DNA from: an uncultured delta proteobacterium
GTDB lineage: Bacteria > Myxococcota_A > UBA9160 > UBA4427
Direction of reading: 5' to 3'
Assembly (NCBI GenBank): GCA_963822965.1
Contig: CAWGJT010000005.1
Span: 928,001-992,000, forward strand
DNA length: 64,000 bases
Shown in pieces: positions 28,304-38,347 of this stretch (position 1 is the first letter of the stretch; every line of letters begins with the position of its first letter). Under the pieces are notes generated by a model, which made no database searches, was not told the origin of the DNA, and worked only from the letters and a program-made list of their open reading frames with translations. The translations under genes and the position numbers were made by a program.

Positions 28304-30217
28304 TCAATCGCCGGCCCGGTACCAGATGGGCGAGCTCCAGGCCCGTTCCTGGATCGTCTTCGGGAAGCGTTCGTCGCAGCAGCCCTCCAGGCCCGGGTCG
28401 ATGGTGTCCGGGTCGTCGCAGTCGACGCCGGCCTCCGCGCACACCCATCCGTTCCAGCGGCACGAGGGATTCTCGAGCACCCGCGCGTAGTAGAGGGCGT
28501 GGTGGGACGGGTCGAAGTCGGGGTCTCGCCAGACGCTGCAGAGCGCGTCGGCGCCGCTGCCGCGGGGCGTGCAGGTGGCGAGGTCCACCGAGGCGTCGTC
28601 GGGCCCGCCGGCCACGTCGAAGACGCGTGTCCGGGCCTGGCCGTCCTGCTCCCAGGCCTTGACGATCTGCACCCGCTGCAGCAGGCCGCCGGGCGACCCC
28701 GCCACGCCGGGATCCCGCAGCGCCGAAACCGCGAAGACCGGCGCGCCGGCGTCCGCCGGGCGAGCCGGCAGATCGCCGCCCATCGGCACGCCCCGGGCGT
28801 AGCCCACTGCCGCGAAGTCCGGCTGGCGGCACAGGTCCGCCGGGTAGTCCCAGCCGCCGAAGAGGCGGACCACCATGCGCGGGCCACTGGTCGCGTAGGC
28901 CTCGCGCCGCTTCATGGCTTCGAAGAGGGCGTCCCGCGAGTTCTCCTCGGCCCACAGCACCGCCAGGCCGCCGGGGTTGTACCAGAGCGAGTCGGGCATC
29001 GGCGGGGTCTCGAGCCGATGCGTCACGATGCCGGCGGCGTGGCCCACGAAGCCGCGCTCCGAGACCATCCCCGGTGCCGCCAGGTGCGTGTCCGTCGAGC
29101 CGATCAGGCCGAACGCGAAGGGGTTCGCGCCCACGCGCCGCAGCTCGACGAGCCCCTGGGCCAGCGCGTCGCGGACGTAGCTGCTGGGCGGGACGGGCGT
29201 GCCCGGGAGCAGGCTCGTCGTCTCCTCGCCCAGCTTCGCATAGGGCAGCTTCTCGTAGCGGCAGAGCTCGTCCTGGGAGTTCATCCCGCATTCCGAGTCG
29301 CCCTTGTGCTGGGTCACCTCGACGAGTCGTTCGAGCCGCGCCCGACGCAGGGCGTCCGCCCGGGTGATGGGCGTGCCGTCCTCCCGCACGGTCTGGAACA
29401 TCAGGCCGTTGCTCACGTTCGAGTTGTGGGGAATCGCGATGGCCTCGCAGCCGTCGCCGCGATCCAGGCACTCGCGCTCGAGCGCCTGCCACAGGCCTTC
29501 GGGAGTGGGGGTGTCGACGTAGTCGGTCGGCAGCGCCTGGTGCTGGTCGTTGCGGAAGATCACGTTGCGGTGGATGTTCTGGCCGTCCGGCATGCCCGTC
29601 CACTCGTAGGCGATGAACGTGGTGAACGAGCAGGCCGCGCTGCGATCGTAGTGGGCCTGGGCCGCGGCCACGATCTCGTCCCAGGGCTTTCGGGCGGCCT
29701 CGCGGCAGCCGGCGCCGCCCTCGCCGCAGAACGAGTAGCGGGGCTCGCCCACCGCCTGGTAGACCCGGCTGTTCACCACCATGTAGCCGAGCTTCGGGAA
29801 CTCGCGGTTGATCCAGCACACCAGCGAGTCATAGCCGACGGCGCCCGGTGTCTGGCAGATCCGGGTCTCGCCCAGCAGCTCGGCGTGATCGGTCACGGCG
29901 GCGAAGTCGAGGGGGCGCGCGAGCTGGATCATCCGGGCGGGGCGGCCGGCGGCGTCGTAGGGCTGCATGCCGATCGCCTCGCCTTTCGCGAAGCGATAGG
30001 CGTCCGCCGGGCGTCCGCGGGTGCCCTGTCCCCAGGCGTCGAACGAGAGCGCCGTGTGAACGTGCAGGTCGCCGAAGAAGGGCTGCCGCACGGGGTCCCG
30101 GCTCGCGCACGGCTCCCGCTCCTCGCCCGGCTGGGCGTTCGCCGTCCCCGCCAGCGCAAGCACCGTTGCCAGCGCGCGGACGATCGCGCCGCCCGCAGCC
30201 CGCACCCCGACCCTCAC
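28304..30217 (-). CDS. DUF3604 domain protein (PHP-like metallohydrolase), exported
   Basis: '[15 protein letters not shown]', '[11 protein letters not shown]', 'IHRNVIFR', '[10 protein letters not shown]', 'YATSGPR' and '[11 protein letters not shown]'. Confidence 0.9.
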   Translation of the reverse strand: MRVGVRAAGGAIVRALATVLALAGTANAQPGEEREPCASRDPVRQPFFGDLHVHTALSFDAWGQGTRGRPADAYRFAKGEAIGMQPYDAAGRPARMIQLARPLDFAAVTDHAELLGETRICQTPGAVGYDSLVCWINREFPKLGYMVVNSRVYQAVGEPRYSFCGEGGAGCREAARKPWDEIVAAAQAHYDRSAACSFTTFIAYEWTGMPDGQNIHRNVIFRNDQHQALPTDYVDTPTPEGLWQALERECLDRGDGCEAIAIPHNSNVSNGLMFQTVREDGTPITRADALRRARLERLVEVTQHKGDSECGMNSQDELCRYEKLPYAKLGEETTSLLPGTPVPPSSYVRDALAQGLVELRRVGANPFAFGLIGSTDTHLAAPGMVSERGFVGHAAGIVTHRLETPPMPDSLWYNPGGLAVLWAEENSRDALFEAMKRREAYATSGPRMVVRLFGGWDYPADLCRQPDFAAVGYARGVPMGGDLPARPADAGAPVFAVSALRDPGVAGSPGGLLQRVQIVKAWEQDGQARTRVFDVAGGPDDASVDLATCTPRGSGADALCSVWRDPDFDPSHHALYYARVLENPSCRWNGWVCAEAGVDCDDPDTIDPGLEGCCDERFPKTIQERAWSSPIWYRAGD

Positions 30218-30612
30218 CAGTAGAGCTCCAGCAGGCGCGCGTGCGCCGAGGTGTCGTGGAACTGGCTGTCGTAGAGGTGTGCGGTGCTCGCCAGGACGAG
30301 CAGGCCGAGCGCCAGGACGAGCGCCACCGGGCCGCGTGCCGGGGCCTGCAGGCGCGCCAGCAGCGGCACCGCCACGAACCGCGTCGCGAGCCCGAGGGCC
30401 AGGCCGTAGACGAGGGCGTGGGCCAGCAGCAGCCCCGCGATCACCCCCACCACGCCGCCCGGGCCCTCGCGTACGATCAGTGCCACCAGCACGGTCCCGA
30501 GCTCGAGGTAGCGCGCCGCGGGAACCAGGCTGCCCGGGAGCCCCAGCATCGGCAGCGGCACGCTGAGGAACGCCGCGGCGAAGAGGATCCCGGCGGCGAC
30601 CCGCGTGCTCAC
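30214..30612 (-). CDS. Small integral membrane protein (3-4 TM)
   Basis: Highly hydrophobic 132-aa ORF, GTGA-coupled to the DUF3604 gene. Confidence 0.65.
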   Translation of the reverse strand: MSTRVAAGILFAAAFLSVPLPMLGLPGSLVPAARYLELGTVLVALIVREGPGGVVGVIAGLLLAHALVYGLALGLATRFVAVPLLARLQAPARGPVALVLALGLLVLASTAHLYDSQFHDTSAHARLLELYW

Positions 30613-30621
30613 CGTCCGGGT

Positions 30622-31746
30622 CTACTCGGGCTGCAGGGCATTCAGCCGCTCGACGCTGTCGAGGTATTCCTCGACCAGGCTCAGGATGACCTCGCGGGTG
30701 GAGCGCACGTTCTTCATCATGCCGACGACCTGGCCGACGGGATTGAAGGCCACCTTCTGGGCCTCCGCGGACGACGCGTAGCGACTCGTGCGCGAGATGG
30801 CGTCCATGGCCACCATGTTCTGCAGGGGCATGCCCAGCGGGTCCGGCGTGTCGTCGCGCTCCCAGGCCTCGGTCCAGTCGTTGCGGAGCATGCGGCAGGG
30901 CTTGCCGGTCCACGAGCGGGAACGCACCGTGTCCTGGCTCGTGGCGTCGAGATAGGACGCCATCTGGGCCGGCGGGCACTCGGCCTCCTGCACGGTGAGC
31001 CAGATCGAGCCCGTCCACACGCCCTGGGCGCCCATGGCCAGGGCCGCGGCCATCTGTCGTCCCGAGCCGATGCCGCCGGCGGCCAGCACCGGCAGCGGCG
31101 CCACCGCCTCGATGATCTGCGGCCACAGCACCATGCTGCCGATCTCGCCGGTGTGCCCTCCCCCTTCGGTGCCCTGGGCGATCACGAAATCGAGGCCCGC
31201 CTGCTTGTGGCGGACCGCCTGGTGGACCTTTCCGCAGAGCGCGCCGATCAGGCGCCCGCTCTCGTGCACCTTCTCGATCACGTCGGCCGGCGGCGTGCCC
31301 AGGGCGTTCGCGATGACCCGCACCTTCTCGTGCTTCAGCGCCACCTCGAGCTGGGGTGCGGCCGTCGCCAGGCTCATGCCGAGCAGCTCGTGGTGTCGCT
31401 CGCCCTCCGGAATCTCGGGCACCCCGTGGTCGGCCAGCAGCTTGGCGGCAAACTCCCGGTGCTGCGGCGGGATGGCCGCCCGCAGCTGCTCCTCGAGCTT
31501 CTCGGGATCGAGCTCGCCCATTCCCTCGTACCTCTGCGGGATCACCAGGTCGACGCCGTACGGCTTGTCTCCAATGTGCTCGTCGATCCACTTGCACTCG
31601 ATCTCGAGCTGCTCGGGCGAAAAGCCCACCGCACCGAGCACGCCGAAGCCGCCGGCCTGGGACACCGCGACGACGACGTCCCGGCAGTGGGTGAAGGCGA
31701 AGATCGGAAACTCGATGCCGAGCTTGCGACAGATTTCGGTCTGCAT
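30622..31746 (-). CDS. Nitronate monooxygenase family FMN oxidoreductase
   Basis: '[27 protein letters not shown]', '[11 protein letters not shown]' and '[11 protein letters not shown]'. Confidence 0.9.
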   Translation of the reverse strand: MQTEICRKLGIEFPIFAFTHCRDVVVAVSQAGGFGVLGAVGFSPEQLEIECKWIDEHIGDKPYGVDLVIPQRYEGMGELDPEKLEEQLRAAIPPQHREFAAKLLADHGVPEIPEGERHHELLGMSLATAAPQLEVALKHEKVRVIANALGTPPADVIEKVHESGRLIGALCGKVHQAVRHKQAGLDFVIAQGTEGGGHTGEIGSMVLWPQIIEAVAPLPVLAAGGIGSGRQMAAALAMGAQGVWTGSIWLTVQEAECPPAQMASYLDATSQDTVRSRSWTGKPCRMLRNDWTEAWERDDTPDPLGMPLQNMVAMDAISRTSRYASSAEAQKVAFNPVGQVVGMMKNVRSTREVILSLVEEYLDSVERLNALQPE

Positions 31747-31893
31747 CGAAGAGTGCTCCCTGGAACGCGCGGATGGACGAGACGGTGCGAGGGTCGTGAC
31801 GCAGCACGGGACGGGCTCGCAACCGGGCGTTGGAGGATAACACCGAAGCCCGCGGAGCGAGGCTGCTGGGACGGTGCCGCGGCTGAAACGGGT

Positions 31894-32721
31894 TCAGCCC
31901 CGAACCAGCACCGTGGCCACCGTGCACAGCGCGTCGTCGCTCGGCGACGCGGCACCCGAGTCGGAGACGGCCACGTGCAGCAGCGCCTCGCCGTCCACGC
32001 GGCGCAGCAGGCGGCAGCGGGTGCGCGCCGGCCCCGTGCGCACGAGACGCAGGTAGTTGACGGCGAGGTCCTGCACGGCGACGTCCCGTCCCAGCAGGGC
32101 CCGACCCGCGGACTCGGCGGCGAGCTCGATCAGCATGGCAACGACGCCGCCCTGCAGGGCGCCGAGGCTGTTGCCCACGTACGGCGTGATGGGCACCTCC
32201 ACGACACCCGCCGCCGCGTCCACGACCCGGCACTGCAAGGCCTCGAGAAGCGGCACCGCCAGCCCGGAGCCCGGGAGCGCGAAGTCCGTACGGGCCTCCT
32301 CGGCCCCCGTCCCCATGCGCCGAGCCCCTTCCCGGGCGGAAAGCACCGCGAACGTGAGTGTCGTAAGGCCGATCTCCCGCTCGCACAGCGACAGCGTCAC
32401 CTCCAGGACGACGGTGGATCGCGTGCGGCGGAGCACCTGCGGGCGCGCGACGACGACGCCCTCGCGAACGGGTGCGTTCACGTGCAGCACGAGGTCCGAG
32501 GTGGCCACCCAGTCGGGACGCACGGCTCGGATGGCGCCCTCGCCGCCGGCCATGTCGACGAGGGTGGCGAGCGCGCCTGCGCGCACGCTGCCCGTAGGAC
32601 CGCACAGGTACGGCGTCACCTCCAGGTGGCTGCGCGCACCCGAGGCGTCGCGCAGGGTCCAGAACCCGAGGTCGCGCAGGACGTGCACATCGGGCGGGTA
32701 GTCGGATCCAGCGACGCTCAA
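31894..32721 (-). CDS. Double hotdog-fold (PaaI-like) thioesterase
   Basis: Two hotdog units: '[12 protein letters not shown]...ATSDL' and '[16 protein letters not shown]...DLAVNYL'. Confidence 0.75.
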   Translation of the reverse strand: MSVAGSDYPPDVHVLRDLGFWTLRDASGARSHLEVTPYLCGPTGSVRAGALATLVDMAGGEGAIRAVRPDWVATSDLVLHVNAPVREGVVVARPQVLRRTRSTVVLEVTLSLCEREIGLTTLTFAVLSAREGARRMGTGAEEARTDFALPGSGLAVPLLEALQCRVVDAAAGVVEVPITPYVGNSLGALQGGVVAMLIELAAESAGRALLGRDVAVQDLAVNYLRLVRTGPARTRCRLLRRVDGEALLHVAVSDSGAASPSDDALCTVATVLVRG

Positions 32722-32783
32722 GCCCGGTCCCCCGTTCGCCGCCCCACGGTCCGCGGCCTGCCGAAATCGGATAGCGTTCCCCG

Positions 32784-33944
32784 ATGACCGACGCCGCCCT
32801 CGAGCTCGCCGTCCGCGCGCGCGGCCTGGCGCCGCTGCTGGCAGAGCATGCCGCCGAAGCCGAGCGCCTGCGACGGCCCCACGACGCCGTGATCGCCGCC
32901 CTCGAAGAGGCGGGCATCTTTCGCCTGATGGTGCCCCGCTGCTACGGCGGGCTCGAGCTCGACCTCGACGCCTTTCTCGAGGTGGGGCTCGCCCTGGCCG
33001 AGGGCGACGCCTCCATGGCCTGGGTCAGCACCTTCTACATCGAGCACAACTGGATGCTGTGCCAGTTCCCGGAGGCCTTCCAGCGCGAGCTCTACGCGGA
33101 TCGCAGCCACGTGCTGGCGCCTGCCATGGTGACGCCCAGCGGGGTGGCGGAGCGCGCGCCCGGGGGCTTCCGGCTGAACGGCCGCTGGAAGTGGGCAACG
33201 GGATCGATGCACGGCACCTGGGTGATCGTCTCCGGCCGGGTCGAGCCGGCCGGGGACGGCGGCCTCGACTTCCGCTTCTGGGCGCTGCCCCGGGAAGACG
33301 TCACCGTCGAGGACACCTGGCACGTGGACGGCATGTGCGGGACCGGCAGCCACGACGTCGTGATCGAGAGCCGCATCGTGCCCGAGGAGCGCAGCGTGAG
33401 CGTCCTCGCGATGAGCGCCGGCCACGCGCCGGGCGCGAAGCTGCACGAGGGCCCTCTGTACCGCACGCCGATGCTCCCGATCCTGGGGCTTGCCGCGTCG
33501 ATGCCCGCCGTGGGGCAGGCGCGGGCCGTGCTGCGGGGCTTCCGCGAGCGCCTGGGCGGGCACGTGCGCCTGGGCAGTGCGACCTCCCAGGCCGAGAAGC
33601 CCGCGGCGCAGATGCGCCTCGCCCGGGCCGAGATCGAGGTCCGCCAGGCCGAGGGTCTGCTGCGGGGGGTGGTGGTCGACGTGATGGCGAAGCGCGAGAC
33701 GGCGACGCCCGCGAACCGCACTCGCTGGCTCGCTTCGCTGGCCTACGCGGTGGACCAGAGCAAGCGCGTCATCGGCAGCGTGGCCGAGGTCAGCGGCGGC
33801 AGCGCCCATTTCCTCGACAACGCCCTGCAGCGCTCGAAGCGCGACGTGGACACCCTGTCGTGTCACGCGGTCCTCGACCTCGACGCGCGCCTCGAGAGCC
33901 ACGGCCGCACCCTGCTGGGGCTCGACCCCGGCGGCATGTTCTGA
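32784..33944 (+). CDS. Acyl-CoA-dehydrogenase-fold flavin-dependent monooxygenase (HsaA-like)
   Basis: 'AE..RR.......L..AG.FRLMVP..YGG.E', '[13 protein letters not shown]', '[16 protein letters not shown]' and 'LQR..RD....S.H'. Confidence 0.85.
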   Translation: MTDAALELAVRARGLAPLLAEHAAEAERLRRPHDAVIAALEEAGIFRLMVPRCYGGLELDLDAFLEVGLALAEGDASMAWVSTFYIEHNWMLCQFPEAFQRELYADRSHVLAPAMVTPSGVAERAPGGFRLNGRWKWATGSMHGTWVIVSGRVEPAGDGGLDFRFWALPREDVTVEDTWHVDGMCGTGSHDVVIESRIVPEERSVSVLAMSAGHAPGAKLHEGPLYRTPMLPILGLAASMPAVGQARAVLRGFRERLGGHVRLGSATSQAEKPAAQMRLARAEIEVRQAEGLLRGVVVDVMAKRETATPANRTRWLASLAYAVDQSKRVIGSVAEVSGGSAHFLDNALQRSKRDVDTLSCHAVLDLDARLESHGRTLLGLDPGGMF

Positions 33945-33974
33945 GAGGAAGCTCGCTTCCGGCCCTGAGGCGGA

Positions 33975-34001
33975 TTTCCCGAAAACTGGGAAAAAATTCC
34001 C
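33975..34001. promoter_or_regulatory. Overlapping palindromes (candidate enhancer/UAS for a sigma-54 activator)
   Basis: TTTCCC-gaaaact-GGGAAA and GGGAA-aaaa-TTCCC; AT-rich, about 80-105 bp upstream of the predicted start site. Confidence 0.55.
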
Positions 34002-34053
34002 TACTCGCCCCAGCTGCCGCGTCTCACCCTCGCGACGATCGCCGGCAGGACGC

Positions 34054-34069
34054 CGGCATGAACGTTGCA
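34054..34069 (+). promoter_or_regulatory. Sigma-54 (-24/-12) promoter of the multiheme cytochrome gene
   Basis: CGGCATG-AACG-TTGCA versus consensus TGGCACG-N4-TTGCW. Confidence 0.7.
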
Positions 34070-34096
34070 TCGCCGGCTTGGTCGCCGGGAGGGCAG

Positions 34097-36269
34097 ATGG
34101 ATCGAGGACGCTGCGAGGGGCCGAAGCGATACGAGCGGCTGAACGGGCTGAGGAGGAGGCGGTCGACCCTGCGGGGGACGGGGCGGTCGGCGTTGTCCGC
34201 GCTTGCGGGGCTGGTGCTCTCGGCCGCGGTGACGCACGCCGCCACCACCGTCCCCACCGACGTCCAGATGCCGGGCACCCAGCCCCAGGACGGCATCAAC
34301 CTCGAGTCGGTGTCGAAGTGCGACAACTGCCACGGCCACTTCGCGAGCCCCTCCTCCCTGCCCGAGGAGCCCTGGTTCAACTGGGCGGGGGGCATGATGG
34401 CCCACGCCAGCCGCGATCCCATCTTCTGGGCGACCGTGGCCGTCGGCGAGCAGGACTTCGACGGATCCGGCGACCTGTGCCTCCGCTGCCACGTGGCCGA
34501 GGGGTGGCTCGACGGTCGCTCGACCCCGACGGACGGCTCGGGGCTGGCGGCCGGAGACGCCGACGGCGTGCAGTGCGACGTCTGCCACCGGCTCACGAAC
34601 CCCGACGACTCGGAGCACCTGGGGGTGCAGAACGCGCCGTTCATCGCGAACGACGGCGGCAGCCCGCCGACCGGCTACTACGGCAGCGGCATGTACGTCA
34701 TCTGGGGGGGCAACTCGAAGCTCGGTCCTTACAGCGACGCGGCGGCGCGCCACCAGTTCCTCCAGTCGCAGTTCCACCGCTCGGTCGATTTCTGCGGCAC
34801 CTGCCACGACGTCTCGAACCCGGTCGTCGGCGACCTGGCGCACAACCACGGCGCGCAGCCGACCGCCGACCCCGTCGTCGCCAGCGGTGTGCCCGGCTCG
34901 CCCGTCACCGGCAAGGCGGCCTTCAACAACTTCCCCTACCAGTACGGCATCGTCGAGCGGACCTTCAGCGAGTACAAGTCGGGCGCCCTCGTGCAGACCC
35001 GCGTGGCGGACTACGCGAGCCTACCCTTGGAGCTCCAGGCGGGCGCCATCGCGCGCGCACGGGACGCGGCGCTGCTTGCGGGCACCGGCGGCAACTACGC
35101 CGACGGCACCACGCGCTTCTTCAGCTGCCAGACCTGCCACATGCGGGCCACCGTGGGCCAGGGGTGCAACAAGAATCCGCCCGTCCGCAGCGACCTCCCC
35201 CAGCACGATCAGACCGGCGGCAACTACTGGATGCCCGACGCGCTCCAATACCTCGACGCCCAGGGAGGTCTCGTGCTCGGCGGCGGGCTCAGCGCCGACC
35301 AGATCGCGGCCCTCGACGCCGGCGCGCTGCGGGCGCGCCAGAACCTCGAGGACGCGGCGGCCCTCTCGGTCGACGAGGCCGCGCGCACCCTCCGCGTGGT
35401 CAACCTCACCGGGCACAAGCTCATCACCGGCTACCCGGAGGGTCGTCGGATGTGGCTGGACATCCGCTGGTACGACGGCGACGACGACCTCGTGCGCGAG
35501 GACGGCGCCTACGGACCGCTCGTCGACGGGCAGAACGACCCCGTCGAGGTGACCGACCCGGCCAGCGGCGAGCCGGTCCAGGTCGATTCCATCCTCGACC
35601 TCGACGACCCGCACACCCGGGTGTATGAAGCGCAGTACGGCATGACCCAGGAATGGGCGAGCCAGCTCGTGGCGCTGGGCGTGCCGACGGGGCTGCCCCT
35701 GGCCTACGACCGCTACACGTCGGCCGTCACCCTCACCCTGGGCGGGCTCGCGTCCCAGGACCCGGGGACGAGCCACGAGACCTTCCACTTCGTGCTCAAC
35801 AACGCAGTCGTGAAGGACAACCGCATCCCGACCTGGGACATGAGCTACGACGAGGCCCGGCAGCGCAACGCGCTGCCCGTGCCCGCGGATCAGTACGGCG
35901 CCCCGGGCCCGGGCGGCGTCTACGACTACTTCGACGTGGTTCCCCTGGATCCTCCGGCGCGCGCAGTCCGCGGCGAGATCGATCTGCTCTATCAGCCCAC
36001 GAGCTGGGAGTACATCCAGTTCCTGGATCTCGCCAACGACGGCACCAGCGCGTTCCTGCGGCGACGAGGGCGCGAACATCCTGGAGGCCTGGCTGCACAC
36101 CGGCATGGCGGCCCCCCACACGATGGCCTCGACCACCATCGTCGTGCCGGAGCCGGGCCGGGTCCTGTCCCTGGCGTGCGGGATCGTCTTCCTCGCCGCG
36201 ATCGAGCGCCGGCGCAGGGGCGGCTTCAGCCGCGGGCGCGCCTTCTCGAGGTGCCCATCGCGAGGATGA
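34097..36269 (+). CDS. Pentaheme c-type cytochrome with C-terminal PEP-CTERM sorting signal (one frameshift near 36060)
   Basis: Signal peptide; CDNCH, CLRCH, CDVCH, CGTCH, CQTCH. After the shift it reads DEGANILEAWLHTGMAAPHTMASTTIV-VPEP-GRVLSLACGIVFLAAIE-RRRR...stop 36267-36269. Confidence 0.85.
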
Positions 36270-36954
36270 GCCCTGCACCCAGGAGGGCGAACGTTCCCGG
36301 CTCGGGAACCGTGAGACTCGTGAGCTCGGCCCACACGAATCCCGAGTCGTTCGCGTCGAGGCCGAACGCGACACCCGTCCGGAAGGCCACGTTCGGATCG
36401 TACGGATCGACGTCCGCGAGATCGAGGGGCGCGCTCGGGAACGCCTCCGAGGTGATCACGTCCTGCCCCGAATCGACCAGGTCCAGCTCGAAGAACGGGA
36501 CCGCGAGGAGCCCGGGCTGGGAAGAAGAGACGCCGCTCGAGTAGAGCTTGTACTCGGACAACCCTTCGGGCGGGAAGCCGGTGATGAACCGATCGAGGGC
36601 GACGGTCACGCCCCCGGGCTGCGTGAAGGCCAGCGTCAGATCTCCCGCCACGAGCTGTCCGTCGAGCAGGGAACCCGGGTAGGTTCCCGTGATCGGGTCG
36701 CCCGGACTCGTATCGGGCAGCGTATCGTCCACGACGAAGAAGCCGGTGACGGGCGTGCCGACGTCGATGCCGAGGGCGACCCAGGAAGCGGGAGGCGTCG
36801 TGTTTCCTCCTGTCGTCCAGTAGTCCCGAACCGTGGCGGTGTAGTACCAGGTGGTCGTCGTGGCCCGGACCGGAGACGCGACCGCCAGGCCGAGCGCAGA
36901 AGAGAGCAGGAGCGTGAGGAACGGCGGCACCGTGCGATGAGCGTGGATCTGCAT
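36226..36954 (-). CDS. PEP-CTERM sorting domain protein
   Basis: Signal peptide; Thr/Gly/Asp-rich, Lys-poor body; C-term 'TVPEPGTFALLGAGLILAMGTSRRRARG'. Confidence 0.9.
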   Translation of the reverse strand: MQIHAHRTVPPFLTLLLSSALGLAVASPVRATTTTWYYTATVRDYWTTGGNTTPPASWVALGIDVGTPVTGFFVVDDTLPDTSPGDPITGTYPGSLLDGQLVAGDLTLAFTQPGGVTVALDRFITGFPPEGLSEYKLYSSGVSSSQPGLLAVPFFELDLVDSGQDVITSEAFPSAPLDLADVDPYDPNVAFRTGVAFGLDANDSGFVWAELTSLTVPEPGTFALLGAGLILAMGTSRRRARG

Positions 36955-37119
36955 TGCGTGAACCTCCCCAGGGTCGGGTTCACCTTATCACGCTCGCTCG
37001 GGCTCCAGGACGACATTCCCCGGAAGGCCCCGCAGATGCGACTCCGCGGACCGATGCCCCCGAGGGACACGGATCGGGGTCACGTCGCCTGCCGCGTCGC
37101 GGGACGCAGGTCCGGCTGG

Positions 37120-37824
37120 CTACCGCACCAGACCGCGGAGCTGGTCGGTCACCGCGCCCGAGGGCAGGATGAACAGACCCTCGGCCTCGGCGACCAGGGT
37201 GCCTGCGGCCTCGAGCTTGCCGTGGACGGAGATCTTGCGTCCCGCGACGGCGGCGATGCGCACCTCGAAGTCGAGGCGGGTGAAGAGCGGCGTGGGGCGC
37301 CGGTACTGCACGTGCAGCGAGGCGGTCATGGCCGGCAGCTCGAGGGTGAGGGTGTGGTGGCCGAGGATCTGGTCGAAGAACGAGGCCACGTGGCCGCCGT
37401 GCACGCAGCCGGGCGGCCCCTCGAAGACGACGCCGAACGCGACGTCGCCCCGGGTGACGCCGTCCCGCGTCTCGATGCGAACGTCGGCGGCCAGGGGATG
37501 GTGGGCGGGCAGCATCACGCCGTCGACGAGGTAGGGGCGCGCGCCCTCGGGCTCGCCGGGGCGGCCGAGGCGCAGCGCATCCTCGCGCCGGGCGTGGGGA
37601 GCGAGCCGACGCGCCGCTTCGTCGAGGGCGTCCCGGGCCGCGTCGAGCGCGGCGGGCGCGTCGTCGATGCGCAGCATCGCGTCCACCACGGCCCGGACGC
37701 TGGCGCCCAGGGCCGTGAGCTCGGCCGAGGGGGACGTGCCGAGACCGCCGAGCGCTCTCTTCTCGGCGAGCGGACGGTCCTTCTCGCCGTCGGCTGCGGT
37801 CTTCGATTCGTCCGTCGGCTTCAT
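37120..37824 (-). CDS. PaaI family thioesterase
   Basis: 'FEGPPGCVHGGHVASFFDQILG...MTASLHVQYRRPTPL'. Confidence 0.88.
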   Translation of the reverse strand: MKPTDESKTAADGEKDRPLAEKRALGGLGTSPSAELTALGASVRAVVDAMLRIDDAPAALDAARDALDEAARRLAPHARREDALRLGRPGEPEGARPYLVDGVMLPAHHPLAADVRIETRDGVTRGDVAFGVVFEGPPGCVHGGHVASFFDQILGHHTLTLELPAMTASLHVQYRRPTPLFTRLDFEVRIAAVAGRKISVHGKLEAAGTLVAEAEGLFILPSGAVTDQLRGLVR

Positions 37825-37841
37825 CGGCTTTCCGCGGCGCG

Positions 37842-38318
37842 TCAGGCGTCGCGCCAGAGCTTCTTCCGGGCGCGCACGTTGTCGAGCAGGGAGAGGTTGT
37901 TGGGGGGCGTCTCGTAGCCCTTGGGGTACGGCGGGCGGGGCGGCAGACCCAGGGCCTCGAGCACCGCGGGATGCTCGTAGTAGAGGCGATAGACGTGGAA
38001 GAGGATCATCGGCACGAAGCCCGGCCGGGCGGCGTCGGCCTCCTCGAGCGCGGCGGTGCGCTCGCCCGGCGGCAGCGCCGCGAAGCCCGGCGCACCCCTC
38101 CCGCGGGCCGCCTCGTCGGCGGCGGCCAGACCCGCGGCCACCACCGGCCCGAGCTCCGCCGCGCCCCGCACCACCTCGGCGAGGGCCGACGCCAGGCCGA
38201 GGGAGCCCGCGCCGGGCATCCCCCGCCCGGGGTCCGGGGGCACGATGGTGTCGAGCACGCTCGCGAGGGTGCGCTCCTCGTCGGGCGAGAAGACCGCTGA
38301 ATCGATCGTTTCCTGCAT
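37842..38318 (-). CDS. Gluconate 2-dehydrogenase subunit 3-like protein
   Basis: 'LDTIVPP....MPGA', 'FAAL....R...L' and 'YYEHP.V...LG....P'; directly follows the GMC flavoprotein. Confidence 0.75.
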   Translation of the reverse strand: MQETIDSAVFSPDEERTLASVLDTIVPPDPGRGMPGAGSLGLASALAEVVRGAAELGPVVAAGLAAADEAARGRGAPGFAALPPGERTAALEEADAARPGFVPMILFHVYRLYYEHPAVLEALGLPPRPPYPKGYETPPNNLSLLDNVRARKKLWRDA

Positions 38319-38347
38319 CCGCGTCGCTCCCGTCCCGGCCCGGTCCC

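Noticed and set aside
28304..32917. 1537-aa extension of the DUF3604 ORF
   Set aside because: The upstream part overlaps three better-supported genes in other frames. The signal peptide and GTGA coupling place the start at 30217.
36055..36065. Programmed frameshift producing anchored and unanchored cytochrome forms
   Set aside because: No slippery heptamer or homopolymer run at the site (TTCCTGCGGCGACGAG), and similar indels are frequent elsewhere in the window, so a sequencing error is more likely.
33059..36544. 1161-aa ORF as the cytochrome gene
   Set aside because: The first ~345 codons are an off-frame read of the HsaA-like gene plus intergenic DNA, and the end is off-frame past 36060. 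The real gene is about 34097-36269.
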